The notes beneath the pieces are model-generated. The model was given only the letters and a program-made list of their open reading frames with translations. It was not told where the DNA came from and did no database searches. From NCBI GenBank assembly GCA_902781705.1, contig CACZKE010000010.1, positions 31,360 to 95,359 of the forward strand: a stretch of 64,000 nucleotides of DNA. Direction: 5' to 3'. Source of the stretch: an uncultured Bacteroidia bacterium (GTDB lineage: Bacteria > Bacteroidota > Bacteroidia > Bacteroidales > UBA932). The position numbers and the translations under genes were made by a program. How positions within the stretch are numbered: position 1 is the stretch's first letter; each line of letters starts with the position of its first letter. This document shows, piece by piece, positions 1 to 9,362 of the stretch.

Positions 1-107
1 TGCAGCTCTTCTACAACTACATCCTGTCCAAGATCGACACCCTCACCATCGACATGGAAGACGCCTCCATCCGCTTCGTCGACACGATGGTCAAGTACAA
101 CAAGTAA
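1..107 (+). CDS. MotA/TolQ/ExbB-family proton channel, C-terminal fragment (5' end outside window)
   Basis: Frame 3 is open from the window edge to TAA at 105-107 (QLFYNYILSKIDTLTIDMEDASIRFVDTMVKYNK*). It sits directly upstream of two ExbD/TolR genes, the usual exbB-exbD-exbD order. Confidence 0.55.
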   Translation, partial: QLFYNYILSKIDTLTIDMEDASIRFVDTMVKYNK

Positions 108-137
108 TTCATAACGAACCAGATAATCCAAGTAAAA

Positions 138-590
138 ATGGAAAATCCGTTATACGCAAAAATCTTCAAGTGGGTTAGCTGGGCGCTCCTCATCATCAGC
201 GTCGGCCTCGCGGTCTGGGCTTTCACCCGGTTCGGTGGCAGCGGTGAAGATGCGGCTGTGAATACGCTCCTCGTCTGGGCCTACGTGATGCTGGGCATCG
301 CCCTCGTCGCGGTCCTCTGCGTGGGCCTGTACATCTCCGCCACAACCGACCCCAAGAGCCTTGTGCGTATCGGTATCGGCCTTGCCGCCGCCGTGGTCCT
401 GTGCCTGGTCGCCTACTTCCTGGCTTCCGGCGCTCCCGCCATCGGCTTCACCGGCGCGACCCCGCCTACCGCATCCGAGCTCAAGCTTACTGATACTGTC
501 CTGAATCTCACCTATATCCTCGGTGCCGGCGCTATCCTCGCCATCATCTGCGGTGAGATCATTTCCGCTATCCGGACTAAAAAAGCGTAA
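138..590 (+). CDS. Small integral membrane protein (about 4 hydrophobic helices), function unknown
   Basis: 150-aa ORF with an ATG start and GC3-rich codon usage like its neighbours. Four long hydrophobic stretches. Embedded in the exbB/exbD cluster. Confidence 0.6.
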   Translation: MENPLYAKIFKWVSWALLIISVGLAVWAFTRFGGSGEDAAVNTLLVWAYVMLGIALVAVLCVGLYISATTDPKSLVRIGIGLAAAVVLCLVAYFLASGAPAIGFTGATPPTASELKLTDTVLNLTYILGAGAILAIICGEIISAIRTKKA

Positions 591-595
591 AGATC

Positions 596-1165
596 ATGGC
601 AAAGAAAACACCGGAAATCAACTCTAGCTCAACAGCGGACATCGCGTTCCTGCTGCTCTGCTACTTCCTGATGACCACCACGATGGGTGACCAGTCAGGT
701 CTGCAGCGCCGTCTGCCCCCGATCCCTGATTCCAAGCAGGCCCAGGACCAGAAGGTGAACCGCCGTAACATCGTTATCGTGCGTATCAACTCTGCAGATA
801 AGCTTTTTGCCGGTAATGAAGCCATGGATATCGCCTATCTGAAAGACAAGATGAAGGAGTTCCTTGCGAACCCTGCCAACGACCCGAACCTCCCTGAAAA
901 GGAAGAGAAGGAAATCGAAGGCAAGACCTATCAGGTCTCCAAGGGCGTCATCTCCCTGCAGAATGACCGTGGTACCAGCTACCAGGCCTACATTGCAGTG
1001 CAGAATGAGCTCGTCAAGGCCGTGAACGAACTCCGTGACGAATTCGCCATGCGTGAGTTCGGCAAGAAATTCGCCCGTCTTTCCGAGGATCAGCAGGACA
1101 TCGTCAAGAAGGCCGTCCCTCAGAACATTTCCGAGGCCGAGCCTAAGGACACTGGTAAAAAATAA
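596..1165 (+). CDS. exbD: Biopolymer transport protein, ExbD/TolR family
   Basis: N-terminal anchor SSTADIAFLLLCYFLMTTTM typical of ExbD/TolR, followed by a periplasmic domain. 189 aa. Confidence 0.85.
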   Translation: MAKKTPEINSSSTADIAFLLLCYFLMTTTMGDQSGLQRRLPPIPDSKQAQDQKVNRRNIVIVRINSADKLFAGNEAMDIAYLKDKMKEFLANPANDPNLPEKEEKEIEGKTYQVSKGVISLQNDRGTSYQAYIAVQNELVKAVNELRDEFAMREFGKKFARLSEDQQDIVKKAVPQNISEAEPKDTGKK

Positions 1166-1179
1166 AGGAGGAAAGGACT

Positions 1180-1656
1180 ATGTCTAAATTCGGAGGTTCA
1201 AGAAACAACAAGCAGGTGCCCGGCATCTCTTCCGGTTCCCTGTCCGATATCGTGTTCATGCTCCTGTTCTTCTTCATGGTGACCACCCAGATGCGTGAGA
1301 CGGAGAACAAGGTCATCGTCAAGCTCCCGGAGGCCTCCGAGGCCGCCAAGCTCGAGCGCAAGGACCTCTCCGCCAACATCAACATCGGTTCGCCTACCCG
1401 CCAGTATCAGGCCATGTACGGTACCGACGCCCGTATCCAGCTGAACGATTCCTTCAAGACCATCGACGACATCCGCGACTTCATCGCTTCCGAGCGTGAC
1501 GCCATGTCCGAGGCGGACCGTTCCCTCATGACCGTCAACCTCCGCGTTGACGAGGATGTGAGAATGGGTATCGTCTCCGATGTCAAGCAGGAGCTGCGCC
1601 GCTGCTCCGCCTTGAAGATCATGTACGCTTCCAGAAAACCCGGCGGAGACAAATAA
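1180..1656 (+). CDS. exbD: Biopolymer transport protein, ExbD/TolR family (second copy)
   Basis: Anchor SLSDIVFMLLFFFMVTTQM. 158 aa. Followed by an intrinsic terminator. Confidence 0.85.
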   Translation: MSKFGGSRNNKQVPGISSGSLSDIVFMLLFFFMVTTQMRETENKVIVKLPEASEAAKLERKDLSANINIGSPTRQYQAMYGTDARIQLNDSFKTIDDIRDFIASERDAMSEADRSLMTVNLRVDEDVRMGIVSDVKQELRRCSALKIMYASRKPGGDK

Positions 1657-1681
1657 TCCCCGCAGATCATAATTGCAAGAA

Positions 1682-1706
1682 AGCAGCCTTCCCGGGCTGC
1701 TTTTTT
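1682..1706 (+). terminator. Rho-independent terminator after the exbD operon
   Basis: AGCAGCC-ttcccg-GGCTGCT stem followed by TTTTTT. Confidence 0.7.
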
Positions 1707-1749
1707 GTTATCCTTCCCCTGTGTCGTAGGCAAATAGGGTTTTTTTCTG

Positions 1750-1757
1750 TATATTTG
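1750..1757 (+). promoter_or_regulatory. Bacteroidota -7 promoter box (TATATTTG) for asnS
   Basis: Exact match to TAnnTTTG, 22 nt upstream of ATG 1780. Confidence 0.5.
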
Positions 1758-1779
1758 CATGATTTACATGAATCCTACT

Positions 1780-3174
1780 ATGAAAAGAATCAAGATCAAG
1801 GAGCTGCTCGGCATGGAACCGGGTGCAGAGGTACTGGCCAAAGGTTGGGTCCGGACCAAGAGAGGCAACAAACAGGTGAAATTCATCGCCCTGAACGACG
1901 GCTCCACCATCAACAATATCCAGGTCGTCGCCAATACGGAAATCATTGACGACGAGACCATCAAGCGGATCACCACCGGCGCTTCCATCGCCGTGAAGGG
2001 CGAGCTTGTCGCTTCCATCGGCAGCGGCCAGCATGTGGAAATCCAGGCGAAGGAGATCGAGGTCATCGGCGAATGCGACCCGATGCGTTTCCCGCTCCAG
2101 AAGAAGGACACCTCCCTGGAGTATCTCCGTTCCGTGGCCCACATGCGTCTTCGCACGAACACCTTCGGTGCGGTGCTCCGCATCCGCCACGCCATGGCGT
2201 TCGCCATCCATAAGTTCTTTAACGACAAGGGCTTCGTCTATCTCCATACCCCGCTCATCACCGAATCCGATGCGGAGGGCGCCGGCGACATGTTCCAGGT
2301 CACCACGATGGACCTCAAGAACATTCCGCTGGACAAGAAGGGCAATGTGGATTTCTCCAAGGATTTCTTCGGCAAGAAGACCAGCCTCACCGTGAGCGGC
2401 CAGCTCGAGGGTGAGCTCGGCGCCACCGCCGTGGGCGAAATCTACACCTTCGGCCCCACCTTCCGGGCGGAGAACTCCAACACCCCGCGCCACCTTGCGG
2501 AGTTCTGGATGATCGAGCCGGAGATGGCCTTCTACGACATCAACGACGACATGGAGCTGGCGGAGGAATTCGTGAAGTACCTCGTCCAGTACGCCCTGGA
2601 CCACTGCATGGACGACCTCCAGTTCCTCAATGACAAATATGACGAGGGCCTCATCGAGCGCCTCCGGAGCGTGCTCGGCATCGCTTTCGAGCGCGTCACC
2701 TACACGCAGGCCGTGGAGATTCTCGAAAAAGCCATTGCGGACGGCAAGCAGTTCGAGTACCCGGTCCACTGGGGCACCGATTTCCAGAGCGAGCACGAGC
2801 GCTACCTCGTGGAGCAGCACTTCGGAAAGCCGGTCATCCTCATCGACTTCCCCAAGGACATCAAGGCCTTCTACATGAAGCAGAACGAGGACGGAAGGAC
2901 CGTCCGCGGCATGGACGTCCTCTTCCCGAAGATCGGCGAGATCATCGGCGGTTCCGAGCGTGAGGCGGACCTGAAGAAACTCGAGACCCGCATCGACGAA
3001 CTGGGCATGTCCCGCAAGAACCTCGAATGGTACATCGACACCCGCCGCTACGGCACCGTGCCGCACAGCGGATTCGGCCTCGGTTTCGAGCGCCTGCTGC
3101 TCTTCGTCACCGGCATGGCGAACATCCGCGACGTCATCCCGTTCCCGCGCACCCCGAAAAACGCCGAGTTTTAA
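1780..3174 (+). CDS. asnS: Asparagine--tRNA ligase
   Basis: Class II aaRS motifs [21 protein letters not shown] and [10 protein letters not shown] with an N-terminal OB fold. The ORF is open from 1759. ATG 1780 ([10 protein letters not shown]) is preferred because the -7 box at 1750-1757 would place the TSS after ATG 1759. Confidence 0.93.
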   Translation: MKRIKIKELLGMEPGAEVLAKGWVRTKRGNKQVKFIALNDGSTINNIQVVANTEIIDDETIKRITTGASIAVKGELVASIGSGQHVEIQAKEIEVIGECDPMRFPLQKKDTSLEYLRSVAHMRLRTNTFGAVLRIRHAMAFAIHKFFNDKGFVYLHTPLITESDAEGAGDMFQVTTMDLKNIPLDKKGNVDFSKDFFGKKTSLTVSGQLEGELGATAVGEIYTFGPTFRAENSNTPRHLAEFWMIEPEMAFYDINDDMELAEEFVKYLVQYALDHCMDDLQFLNDKYDEGLIERLRSVLGIAFERVTYTQAVEILEKAIADGKQFEYPVHWGTDFQSEHERYLVEQHFGKPVILIDFPKDIKAFYMKQNEDGRTVRGMDVLFPKIGEIIGGSEREADLKKLETRIDELGMSRKNLEWYIDTRRYGTVPHSGFGLGFERLLLFVTGMANIRDVIPFPRTPKNAEF

Positions 3175-3202
3175 GAGAATAACCGCCTAACCACACCACG
3201 CT

Positions 3203-3832
3203 ATGCTTGTCATCGGTATCGCCGGAGGATCCGGCTCAGGAAAGACCACGGTCGTCAGGGCCATCACGGAGCAGCTCCACGGCAAGGTGACCGTCATTCC
3301 GCAGGATTCCTACTACAAGGATTCCAGCCATGTGCCCGTCGAGGAAAGGAAGAACATCAACTTCGACCATCCCGACGCCATCGACTGGAAACTCATGTGC
3401 CAGCAGATCCGGGAACTCAAGCAAGGCAAGACCATCCAGCAGCCGGTGTACTCCTACATCACCTGCTCCCGGTCCACGACGGAAACCGTCACCGTGGAAC
3501 CGGCGGAGGTCATCATCGTGGAAGGCATCCTCATCTTCACCTGCAAGGAACTCCGCGACCAACTGAACATCAAGATCTTCGTGGATGCCGATGACGACGA
3601 CCGCGTCCTGCGCATCATCGTCCGGGACGTCGCCGAGCGCGGCCGGAGCATCGACACGGCCATCGAGCACTACTGCGAGACCGTGAAGCCCATGCACCTG
3701 CAGTTCATCGAACCCTCCAAGCGCTACGCCGACATCATCGTTCCCCAGGGCGGCCACAACAAGGTGGCGATCGACGTCCTGACGACGACTGTGGAGGAAG
3801 CGCTGGAAAAACGCAGCAAACGCCGCAGATGA
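3203..3832 (+). CDS. udk: Uridine kinase
   Basis: P-loop GIAGGSGSGKTT. 209 aa. Uridine/cytidine kinase-like sequence (NFDHPDA, IVEGIL). Confidence 0.9.
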   Translation: MLVIGIAGGSGSGKTTVVRAITEQLHGKVTVIPQDSYYKDSSHVPVEERKNINFDHPDAIDWKLMCQQIRELKQGKTIQQPVYSYITCSRSTTETVTVEPAEVIIVEGILIFTCKELRDQLNIKIFVDADDDDRVLRIIVRDVAERGRSIDTAIEHYCETVKPMHLQFIEPSKRYADIIVPQGGHNKVAIDVLTTTVEEALEKRSKRRR

Positions 3833-4539
3833 AACTCTCCCCCGACCAAAAAGCAGGCCTTCTCATCACCGCGATCGTACACCTCGCGGTGATTATCGTC
3901 TTGCTGCTGGGCGGGATCGGCTACTCCCTCCAGCGGGAGAATTCCTTCGTGCTGGATTTCACGAAAGAGGAAGAACAGGAACGGGTCGAGAAACAGGAGC
4001 AGCTCCACCAGAGCGCCCTGGAGCAACTGGAAAGCATGATCGCGGCCCAGCGGATGGAAGTCCGCAACGTCGCCGTGAACCGTTCCACCCAACTCAAGGA
4101 CGACCGGAACACCGATGCGGACCAGTTGTACCGCGACGCCGAGCGGCTGGCCCAGGAACTCAAGGACGGCCAGAACCGCGTCCAGGACAATCCCGAAGAC
4201 TTCGTCCAGGACCCTGTCACCCCTTCCAAACCCGAGCCCCGCAAGAAAGAGACCTACAGCGGTCCCTCCGTCCTATCCTGGTCCCTGGACGGGCGCAAGG
4301 CCACCCGTCTCCCCATCCCCGCCTACCGCTGCGTGGGCGCCGGACAGGTGACGGTGATCATCACGGTGAACAACCAGGGCAAAGTCATCGACGCCAAGGT
4401 CGATAACGGCTCCTCCTCCGGCGACGGCTGCCTCCGCGCCTTCGCCACCCGCGCCGCCCGCATGAGCCTCTTCAACGCCTCCACCACCGCCCCCGCCCGT
4501 CAGATGGGGACGATCACCTATGCGTTCATTGCGCAGTAA
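3829..4539 (+). CDS. TonB-family energy transducer-like protein
   Basis: N-terminal TM anchor, charged/Pro-containing linker (PVTPSKPEPRKKE) and a C-terminal TonB-like domain (GQVTVIITVNNQGKVIDAKV). ATGA start/stop overlap with udk. Confidence 0.7.
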   Translation: MKLSPDQKAGLLITAIVHLAVIIVLLLGGIGYSLQRENSFVLDFTKEEEQERVEKQEQLHQSALEQLESMIAAQRMEVRNVAVNRSTQLKDDRNTDADQLYRDAERLAQELKDGQNRVQDNPEDFVQDPVTPSKPEPRKKETYSGPSVLSWSLDGRKATRLPIPAYRCVGAGQVTVIITVNNQGKVIDAKVDNGSSSGDGCLRAFATRAARMSLFNASTTAPARQMGTITYAFIAQ

Positions 4540-4542
4540 GGA

Positions 4543-6279
4543 TCAGATCAACTCATCCCGCTCCCGCATGTCCTTGATCCTCAATTGGAGGGTGGAGGAG
4601 CCGCGGTAGAAGTTTTCGACGATGGAGTAGCAGACGTCGATGGGGTTGCCGGCCTTGATGTGGTCGTAGAAGTCGGCCATGTTGAAGCCGATGGCCGGAA
4701 TCTGGCGGTAGGGCTGGGATTCCTGCATGAGGTCCAGCTTGAGGTGGATGCCGCCGGCGCCTACTTTGCGGCCGTTTCCGGCGTCATAAACGTCCTCGGT
4801 GAGGAACACGGGGTTCGCGTTCCCGGGGCCGAAGGGCTGGAACTGCTTGAGGATGCGGAAGAACTTCGGGGTGATCTGCGAGAAATCCAGCCGGGCGTCG
4901 ATGTCTACGACCGGGGTGAGTTCCTGCTTGGTGATATTGCCGGAGACGAAGGTGTTCATCCGCCGGCAGAACTCTTCCAGATTCTCCTCCTTCATCGTGA
5001 GGCCGGCGGCATACACATGGCCGCCGAAGTTCTCCAGGAGGTCCGCGCAGCTCTCGATGGAGGCATACAGGTCGAATCCGGCGACGCTGCGGGCCGATCC
5101 GGTGACGAACCCGTTGGACTTGGTGAGAACGACCGTGGGCTTGTAATAGGCCTCCACGAGGCGGGAGGCGACGATGCCCACAACACCCTTGTTCCAGGTG
5201 GGATTATAGACGATGGTCACGTTCTCCGTCTCCAGGGCGGTGCCGTTCGCGACCATCTCCAGGGCTTCCTGGGTGATCTCCCGGTCGATGTTCTTCCGTT
5301 CGTTGTTGTTGTCGTTGATCTTCTCGCCGATCTGGAAGGCCGAGCGGTCGTCCATCGCCGTGAGGAGTTCCACGGCCAGCCGTCCGGATTCCATACGGCC
5401 GGCGGCATTGATGCGGGGACCGATCTTGAACACGATGTCGTCAATGCCCACATGGCCGGGTTCCAGTTTCGCCAGGTTGATCATCGCCAGCAGGCCCTTG
5501 CGCGGATTCTCGTTCAGCCGCTTGAGGCCGTAGTGCGCCAGGACGCGGTTCTCCCCCACCATGGACACGAGGTCGGAGGCGATGGACACCACCTGCAGGT
5601 CCAGGAGGGGTTCCAGGGTCTCGAAATCGATGTTGTATTTCTGGGAATAGCCCTGGACGAACTTGAAGCCCACGCCGCAGCCGCAGAGGTCGTCGAACGG
5701 ATAGTGGTCGTCCTCCTGCTTGGGGTCCAGCACCGCTACCGCGGCCGGGAGTTCGTTCTCCGGAAGATGGTGGTCACAGATGATCACGTCGATGCCCTTG
5801 CTCCGGGCATACTCCACTTTCTCGATGGCCTTGATGCCGCAGTCCAGGGTGATCAGGAGGTCGATGCCGTTGTCCGACGCCCAGTCCAATCCCTTGTAAG
5901 ACAGGCCGTAGCCCTCATCGTAGCGGTCCGGAATGTAGTACTCGACCCGCTTGGTGAAGCGGCGGACGAAGGAATAGACCAGGGCGACGGCCGTCGTGCC
6001 GTCCACATCATAGTCGCCATACACCAGGATCTTCTGGCCCTTCTGGATGGCGTCGTGGAGCCGTTCCACGGCCTTGTCCATGTCCTTCATCAGGAAGGGG
6101 TCATGCAGGTCGCTGAGGGAGGGGCGGAAAAACCGGCGGGCCTGCTCGAAAGTCTCCACGCCGCGCTGGACCAGCAGCTCCGCCAGAACCCGGTCCACGC
6201 CGAGTTCCGTCGCCAGCCGTCCTACCGTTTCCGGATTTCCCGGTTCCCGGACGGTCCATTTCCGCTCCGAAATGCCCAT
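4543..6279 (-). CDS. recJ: Single-stranded-DNA-specific exonuclease RecJ
   Basis: DHH motif (VIICDHH) and DHHA1 motif (FGGHVYAAG). 578 aa. Confidence 0.93.
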   Translation of the reverse strand: MGISERKWTVREPGNPETVGRLATELGVDRVLAELLVQRGVETFEQARRFFRPSLSDLHDPFLMKDMDKAVERLHDAIQKGQKILVYGDYDVDGTTAVALVYSFVRRFTKRVEYYIPDRYDEGYGLSYKGLDWASDNGIDLLITLDCGIKAIEKVEYARSKGIDVIICDHHLPENELPAAVAVLDPKQEDDHYPFDDLCGCGVGFKFVQGYSQKYNIDFETLEPLLDLQVVSIASDLVSMVGENRVLAHYGLKRLNENPRKGLLAMINLAKLEPGHVGIDDIVFKIGPRINAAGRMESGRLAVELLTAMDDRSAFQIGEKINDNNNERKNIDREITQEALEMVANGTALETENVTIVYNPTWNKGVVGIVASRLVEAYYKPTVVLTKSNGFVTGSARSVAGFDLYASIESCADLLENFGGHVYAAGLTMKEENLEEFCRRMNTFVSGNITKQELTPVVDIDARLDFSQITPKFFRILKQFQPFGPGNANPVFLTEDVYDAGNGRKVGAGGIHLKLDLMQESQPYRQIPAIGFNMADFYDHIKAGNPIDVCYSIVENFYRGSSTLQLRIKDMRERDELI

Positions 6280-6286
6280 AGTCCTA

Positions 6287-6294
6287 CAAAATTA
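6287..6294 (-). promoter_or_regulatory. Candidate -7 box (TAATTTTG) for recJ
   Basis: Reverse complement reads TAATTTTG and ends 7 nt before the recJ ATG (6279). This would give a near-leaderless mRNA. Confidence 0.4.
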
Positions 6295-6318
6295 CGAAAT
6301 CGGATCGGCAAAAGCAAG

Positions 6319-6336
6319 AAAAACCGGAGCGCTCCG
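6319..6336 (-). terminator. Weak candidate terminator downstream of the OMP gene
   Basis: 12-bp perfect palindrome CGGAGCGCTCCG followed on the minus strand by GTTTTTCTT. The loop is very tight, so confidence is low. Confidence 0.3.
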
Positions 6337-6375
6337 ACGAAACCGGCTTCCACCCTTCGCTTCTCAGCCAGGGTG

Positions 6376-6480
6376 TTTTGTACAAGGTGTGATTTCAGGT
6401 GGCATATCTTGTACGTAAAACTTGCTTGGAGGATGTTCCCGCGTACAAGGTGTCACACATGAAAACACACCTTGTACGAC
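6376..6480 (+). repeat. REPIN-like double-hairpin repeat, copy A
   Basis: Hairpin 1 at 6380-6414 (GTACAAGGTGTG...CATATCTTGTAC) and hairpin 2 at 6443-6477 (GTACAAGGTGTC...CACACCTTGTAC). Same unit as at 11333-11437 and 12794-12898. Confidence 0.85.
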
Positions 6481-6486
6481 AGTGAA

Positions 6487-7266
6487 TCAGAAAAGCCAAC
6501 TGATGCCGCCGGAGATGGAGAAATACCAATGGACGGGCTTTTCGGAAGGGGCGCCCACGGGGCGGTCGGTGAGCGGGTCGATGGACTGTTGGAATTCGGT
6601 GAAGTTGTTGGTGACCAGGTAGTGGAACGCCGGCGAAAGGTCCAGGCTGAAGCGCCAGATGGGGATGCTGAGGTTGAAACCGGCATCCGCCGTGAGCATG
6701 AAGCGTTGGTTCAGCAGGATGCCTTGGTCGGATTCGTAACGGGTGCCGTCCATGGAATACCCTTCCAAGCGCCTGCCTATGGAACCGTCGCCGAACACAT
6801 AGCCCGGCGTCACACCCGCAAAGACTTCCGCCCGGCGGAATATGGAAAGCAGGAACACGCCGATTCCTCTCCCGAAGGACTCCTTCACGTCATAATCCAT
6901 CCAGGCGTCGTGAACCAGCTGGGAGGCCGCGCTTTCCGCTCCACGGACCATGGTTTCCCCCCAACTCTCCGTCCCGCTCCGGAGAACCGCCGCAACCGGA
7001 AGGCCGATCCCGTCCTGGACCGACGTGTTCTCCGTCTGGTACATCAGCCCGACCCGCCATCCCCAGTGCCTGGAATAACGACGGGTGTAATTCAGGGAGA
7101 GGAAAGCGTCCCCAGAGGACATCCGGGAATCCATCGGCGTCCAGTATCCATATTCGGCGCGGAGGGTATTCCAGCTCAGGTCCGGATTGAAGCGGGGCTT
7201 TTCCTGGGCGTGTGCCGAAACGGAAGCCACGGCAAGGGCCACCAGCAAAGCAGTAAGCTGTCTCAT
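6487..7266 (-). CDS. Outer-membrane beta-barrel-like protein, function unknown
   Basis: Signal peptide MRQLTALLVALAVASVSAHAQ, alternating-residue strands and C-terminal ...GGISWLF. ATG 7266 chosen over the longer ORF start at 7320. Confidence 0.7.
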   Translation of the reverse strand: MRQLTALLVALAVASVSAHAQEKPRFNPDLSWNTLRAEYGYWTPMDSRMSSGDAFLSLNYTRRYSRHWGWRVGLMYQTENTSVQDGIGLPVAAVLRSGTESWGETMVRGAESAASQLVHDAWMDYDVKESFGRGIGVFLLSIFRRAEVFAGVTPGYVFGDGSIGRRLEGYSMDGTRYESDQGILLNQRFMLTADAGFNLSIPIWRFSLDLSPAFHYLVTNNFTEFQQSIDPLTDRPVGAPSEKPVHWYFSISGGISWLF

Positions 7267-7280
7267 GGTCAGTGAATTTC

Positions 7281-7997
7281 CTAAAGGCCTTCCAATTCTA
7301 TGCCGTCCTGCTTCCACCATTCCGTGTCCGGCTCGTTGAACGGGACGAGGAAGGGGTTGGTCGTGGCTTCACGGCCGATGGAAGTGGGATGGCCGTGGCC
7401 GGGAATGACATCGGTATCGCCGGGAAGTCCCATCACTTTGTCCATGACGGACTTGATGAGGGAATCGTAGTCGCCGCCCTCCAGGTCGGTCCGGCCGATG
7501 CTGCCGGCAAAGAGGGTGTCGCCGGAAAGGAGGACGCCCGCCGCCTCGCAGTAGTAGCAGACGCAGCCGGGCGTATGGCCGGGGGTGGTGATGACCATCC
7601 AGTCCGCTCCGCCGGAGTGGATGACTTGTCCGTCCGAAACATCCTGATAGTCGAACAGTTCCACGGTCTTATGGAGCTGGAGCCGGTCCAGCAGGGAGGA
7701 CCCGAAGCGGAGGGCATAGTCGTCGGCCTGGCTCATATAGACCGGGCAGCCGAAGCGCCTGACGAGCGGCGCGACACCCCAGGTGTGGTCAAAGTGTCCA
7801 TGGGTCAGAAGGATGGCGTCGGGCGTGAGGGCGTTGTCCCGGAGGAACGAAAGCACCTCGTCTTCCTCCTCGTCCCGGAAGAAGCCGGGGTCCACGACGG
7901 TGCAGGGCGTAAGTCCCTCACTCTTTGCGGAATCCTCCCAGAGGACGACGCAGTTTTCACCCAGCGGATTGACCTGGAATATCTTGACCTGAAGCAT
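7281..7997 (-). CDS. MBL-fold metallo-hydrolase (glyoxalase II-like)
   Basis: HxHxDH motif (THGHFDHTWG). 238 aa. Confidence 0.85.
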   Translation of the reverse strand: MLQVKIFQVNPLGENCVVLWEDSAKSEGLTPCTVVDPGFFRDEEEDEVLSFLRDNALTPDAILLTHGHFDHTWGVAPLVRRFGCPVYMSQADDYALRFGSSLLDRLQLHKTVELFDYQDVSDGQVIHSGGADWMVITTPGHTPGCVCYYCEAAGVLLSGDTLFAGSIGRTDLEGGDYDSLIKSVMDKVMGLPGDTDVIPGHGHPTSIGREATTNPFLVPFNEPDTEWWKQDGIELEGL

Positions 7998-8017
7998 GGC
8001 GGAGTCGGATTAGGTTG

Positions 8018-8025
8018 CAAATTTA
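8018..8025 (-). promoter_or_regulatory. -7 box (TAAATTTG) for the MBL hydrolase gene
   Basis: Reverse complement TAAATTTG, 20 nt upstream of ATG 7997. Confidence 0.45.
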
Positions 8026-8066
8026 CGGATATTTTCCCAACTTTGTAAAGATAAGCACCCATCTGT

Positions 8067-8678
8067 ATGCACATCGGAATCGCAGGCAATATCGGCAGCG
8101 GAAAGACGACGCTCACCACCCTCCTCGCCCGCCACTACGGCTGGACACCGAAGTTCGAGTCGGTGACCTATAACCCCTATCTGGCTGACTATTACGCGGA
8201 TATCAAGCGCTGGTCCTTCGCCCTGGAGATGTATTTCCTCAACAAGCGCCTTCACGACGTCATCGAGATCGCGAAGTCCGACGAGGTCGTCATCCAGGAC
8301 CGTACCGTGATGGAGGGCGTCCATATTTTCGTCGCGAACAATTACGCGCAGGGGAACCTCTCGGAACGGGACTACAACACGTTCATGGATTCCTACAACG
8401 TGATGATGGAGGTTGTGAAACAGCCGGACCTGCTGATCTACCTGAAGAGTTCCATCGAACACCTCGTCGCCCAGATCGCCAAGCGCGGGCGGGACTATGA
8501 ACAGAGCATCTCCATCGAGTACCTCGCCGGTCTGAACGATCGGTACGAGGAGTGGATCGGGAACTACACCGGGCGCCTCATCACCATCGACGTGGACGAC
8601 CTGGATTTCCTCAACCGCCCCGAGGATTTCGCCCTCATCACCGACCGCATCGACGCGGAGCTTTATGGTTTATTCTGA
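8067..8678 (+). CDS. Deoxynucleoside kinase (paralog 1)
   Basis: P-loop GNIGSGKTT. dNK-family length (203 aa). Roughly 55-60% identical by eye to the next gene. Confidence 0.85.
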   Translation: MHIGIAGNIGSGKTTLTTLLARHYGWTPKFESVTYNPYLADYYADIKRWSFALEMYFLNKRLHDVIEIAKSDEVVIQDRTVMEGVHIFVANNYAQGNLSERDYNTFMDSYNVMMEVVKQPDLLIYLKSSIEHLVAQIAKRGRDYEQSISIEYLAGLNDRYEEWIGNYTGRLITIDVDDLDFLNRPEDFALITDRIDAELYGLF

Positions 8679-8687
8679 TTTATTTGC

Positions 8688-8695
8688 TACTTTTG
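8688..8695 (+). promoter_or_regulatory. -7 box (TACTTTTG) for the second dNK gene
   Basis: TAnnTTTG match, 17 nt upstream of ATG 8712. Confidence 0.45.
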
Positions 8696-8711
8696 TAAAA
8701 ATATAGACGCT

Positions 8712-9332
8712 ATGCATATCGCCATCGCCGGAAATATCGGCAGCGGAAAGACCACGCTGACCAAGATGCTCGCCGCCCATTACGGCTGGACCCCGAAGTT
8801 CGAATCCGTGGACTTCAATCCGTATCTTGCTGATTTCTACGAGGATATGGAGCGCTGGTCCTTCAACCTCCAGATTTACTTCCTGAACAAGCGTTTCCAG
8901 GACGTGGTGGAGATCTCCAAGCAGAAGGACATCATCATCCAGGACCGCACCATCTACGAGGACGCCCGCATCTTCGCCCCGAACCTCCATGCGATGGGCC
9001 TGATGAGCACCCGGGACTTCGAGAACTACAGCGACCTCTTCGACCTGATGATGTCCCTCGTGAACCCGCCGGACCTGCTGATCTATCTCCGGAGCTCCAT
9101 CCCGAACCTCATCGCCCAGATCCAGAAGCGCGGCCGTGAGTACGAGCGCTCCATCCGTATCGACTACATCACCGGCCTGAACCAGCGCTATGAGGACTGG
9201 ATCAAGGACTACAAGTCCCGCCTCCTCATCGTGGACGTGGACAACATCAAGTTCGAGAACCGCCCGGAGGACTTCCAGGTCATCACCGACAAAATCGACG
9301 CCGAACTGTTCGGCCTGTTCCCTTCCGCATAA
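8712..9332 (+). CDS. Deoxynucleoside kinase (paralog 2)
   Basis: P-loop GNIGSGKTT. 206 aa. Tandem paralog of 8067-8678. Confidence 0.85.
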   Translation: MHIAIAGNIGSGKTTLTKMLAAHYGWTPKFESVDFNPYLADFYEDMERWSFNLQIYFLNKRFQDVVEISKQKDIIIQDRTIYEDARIFAPNLHAMGLMSTRDFENYSDLFDLMMSLVNPPDLLIYLRSSIPNLIAQIQKRGREYERSIRIDYITGLNQRYEDWIKDYKSRLLIVDVDNIKFENRPEDFQVITDKIDAELFGLFPSA

Positions 9333-9362
9333 CGGAGGGAACTCTTTTATCATCCATAAACT

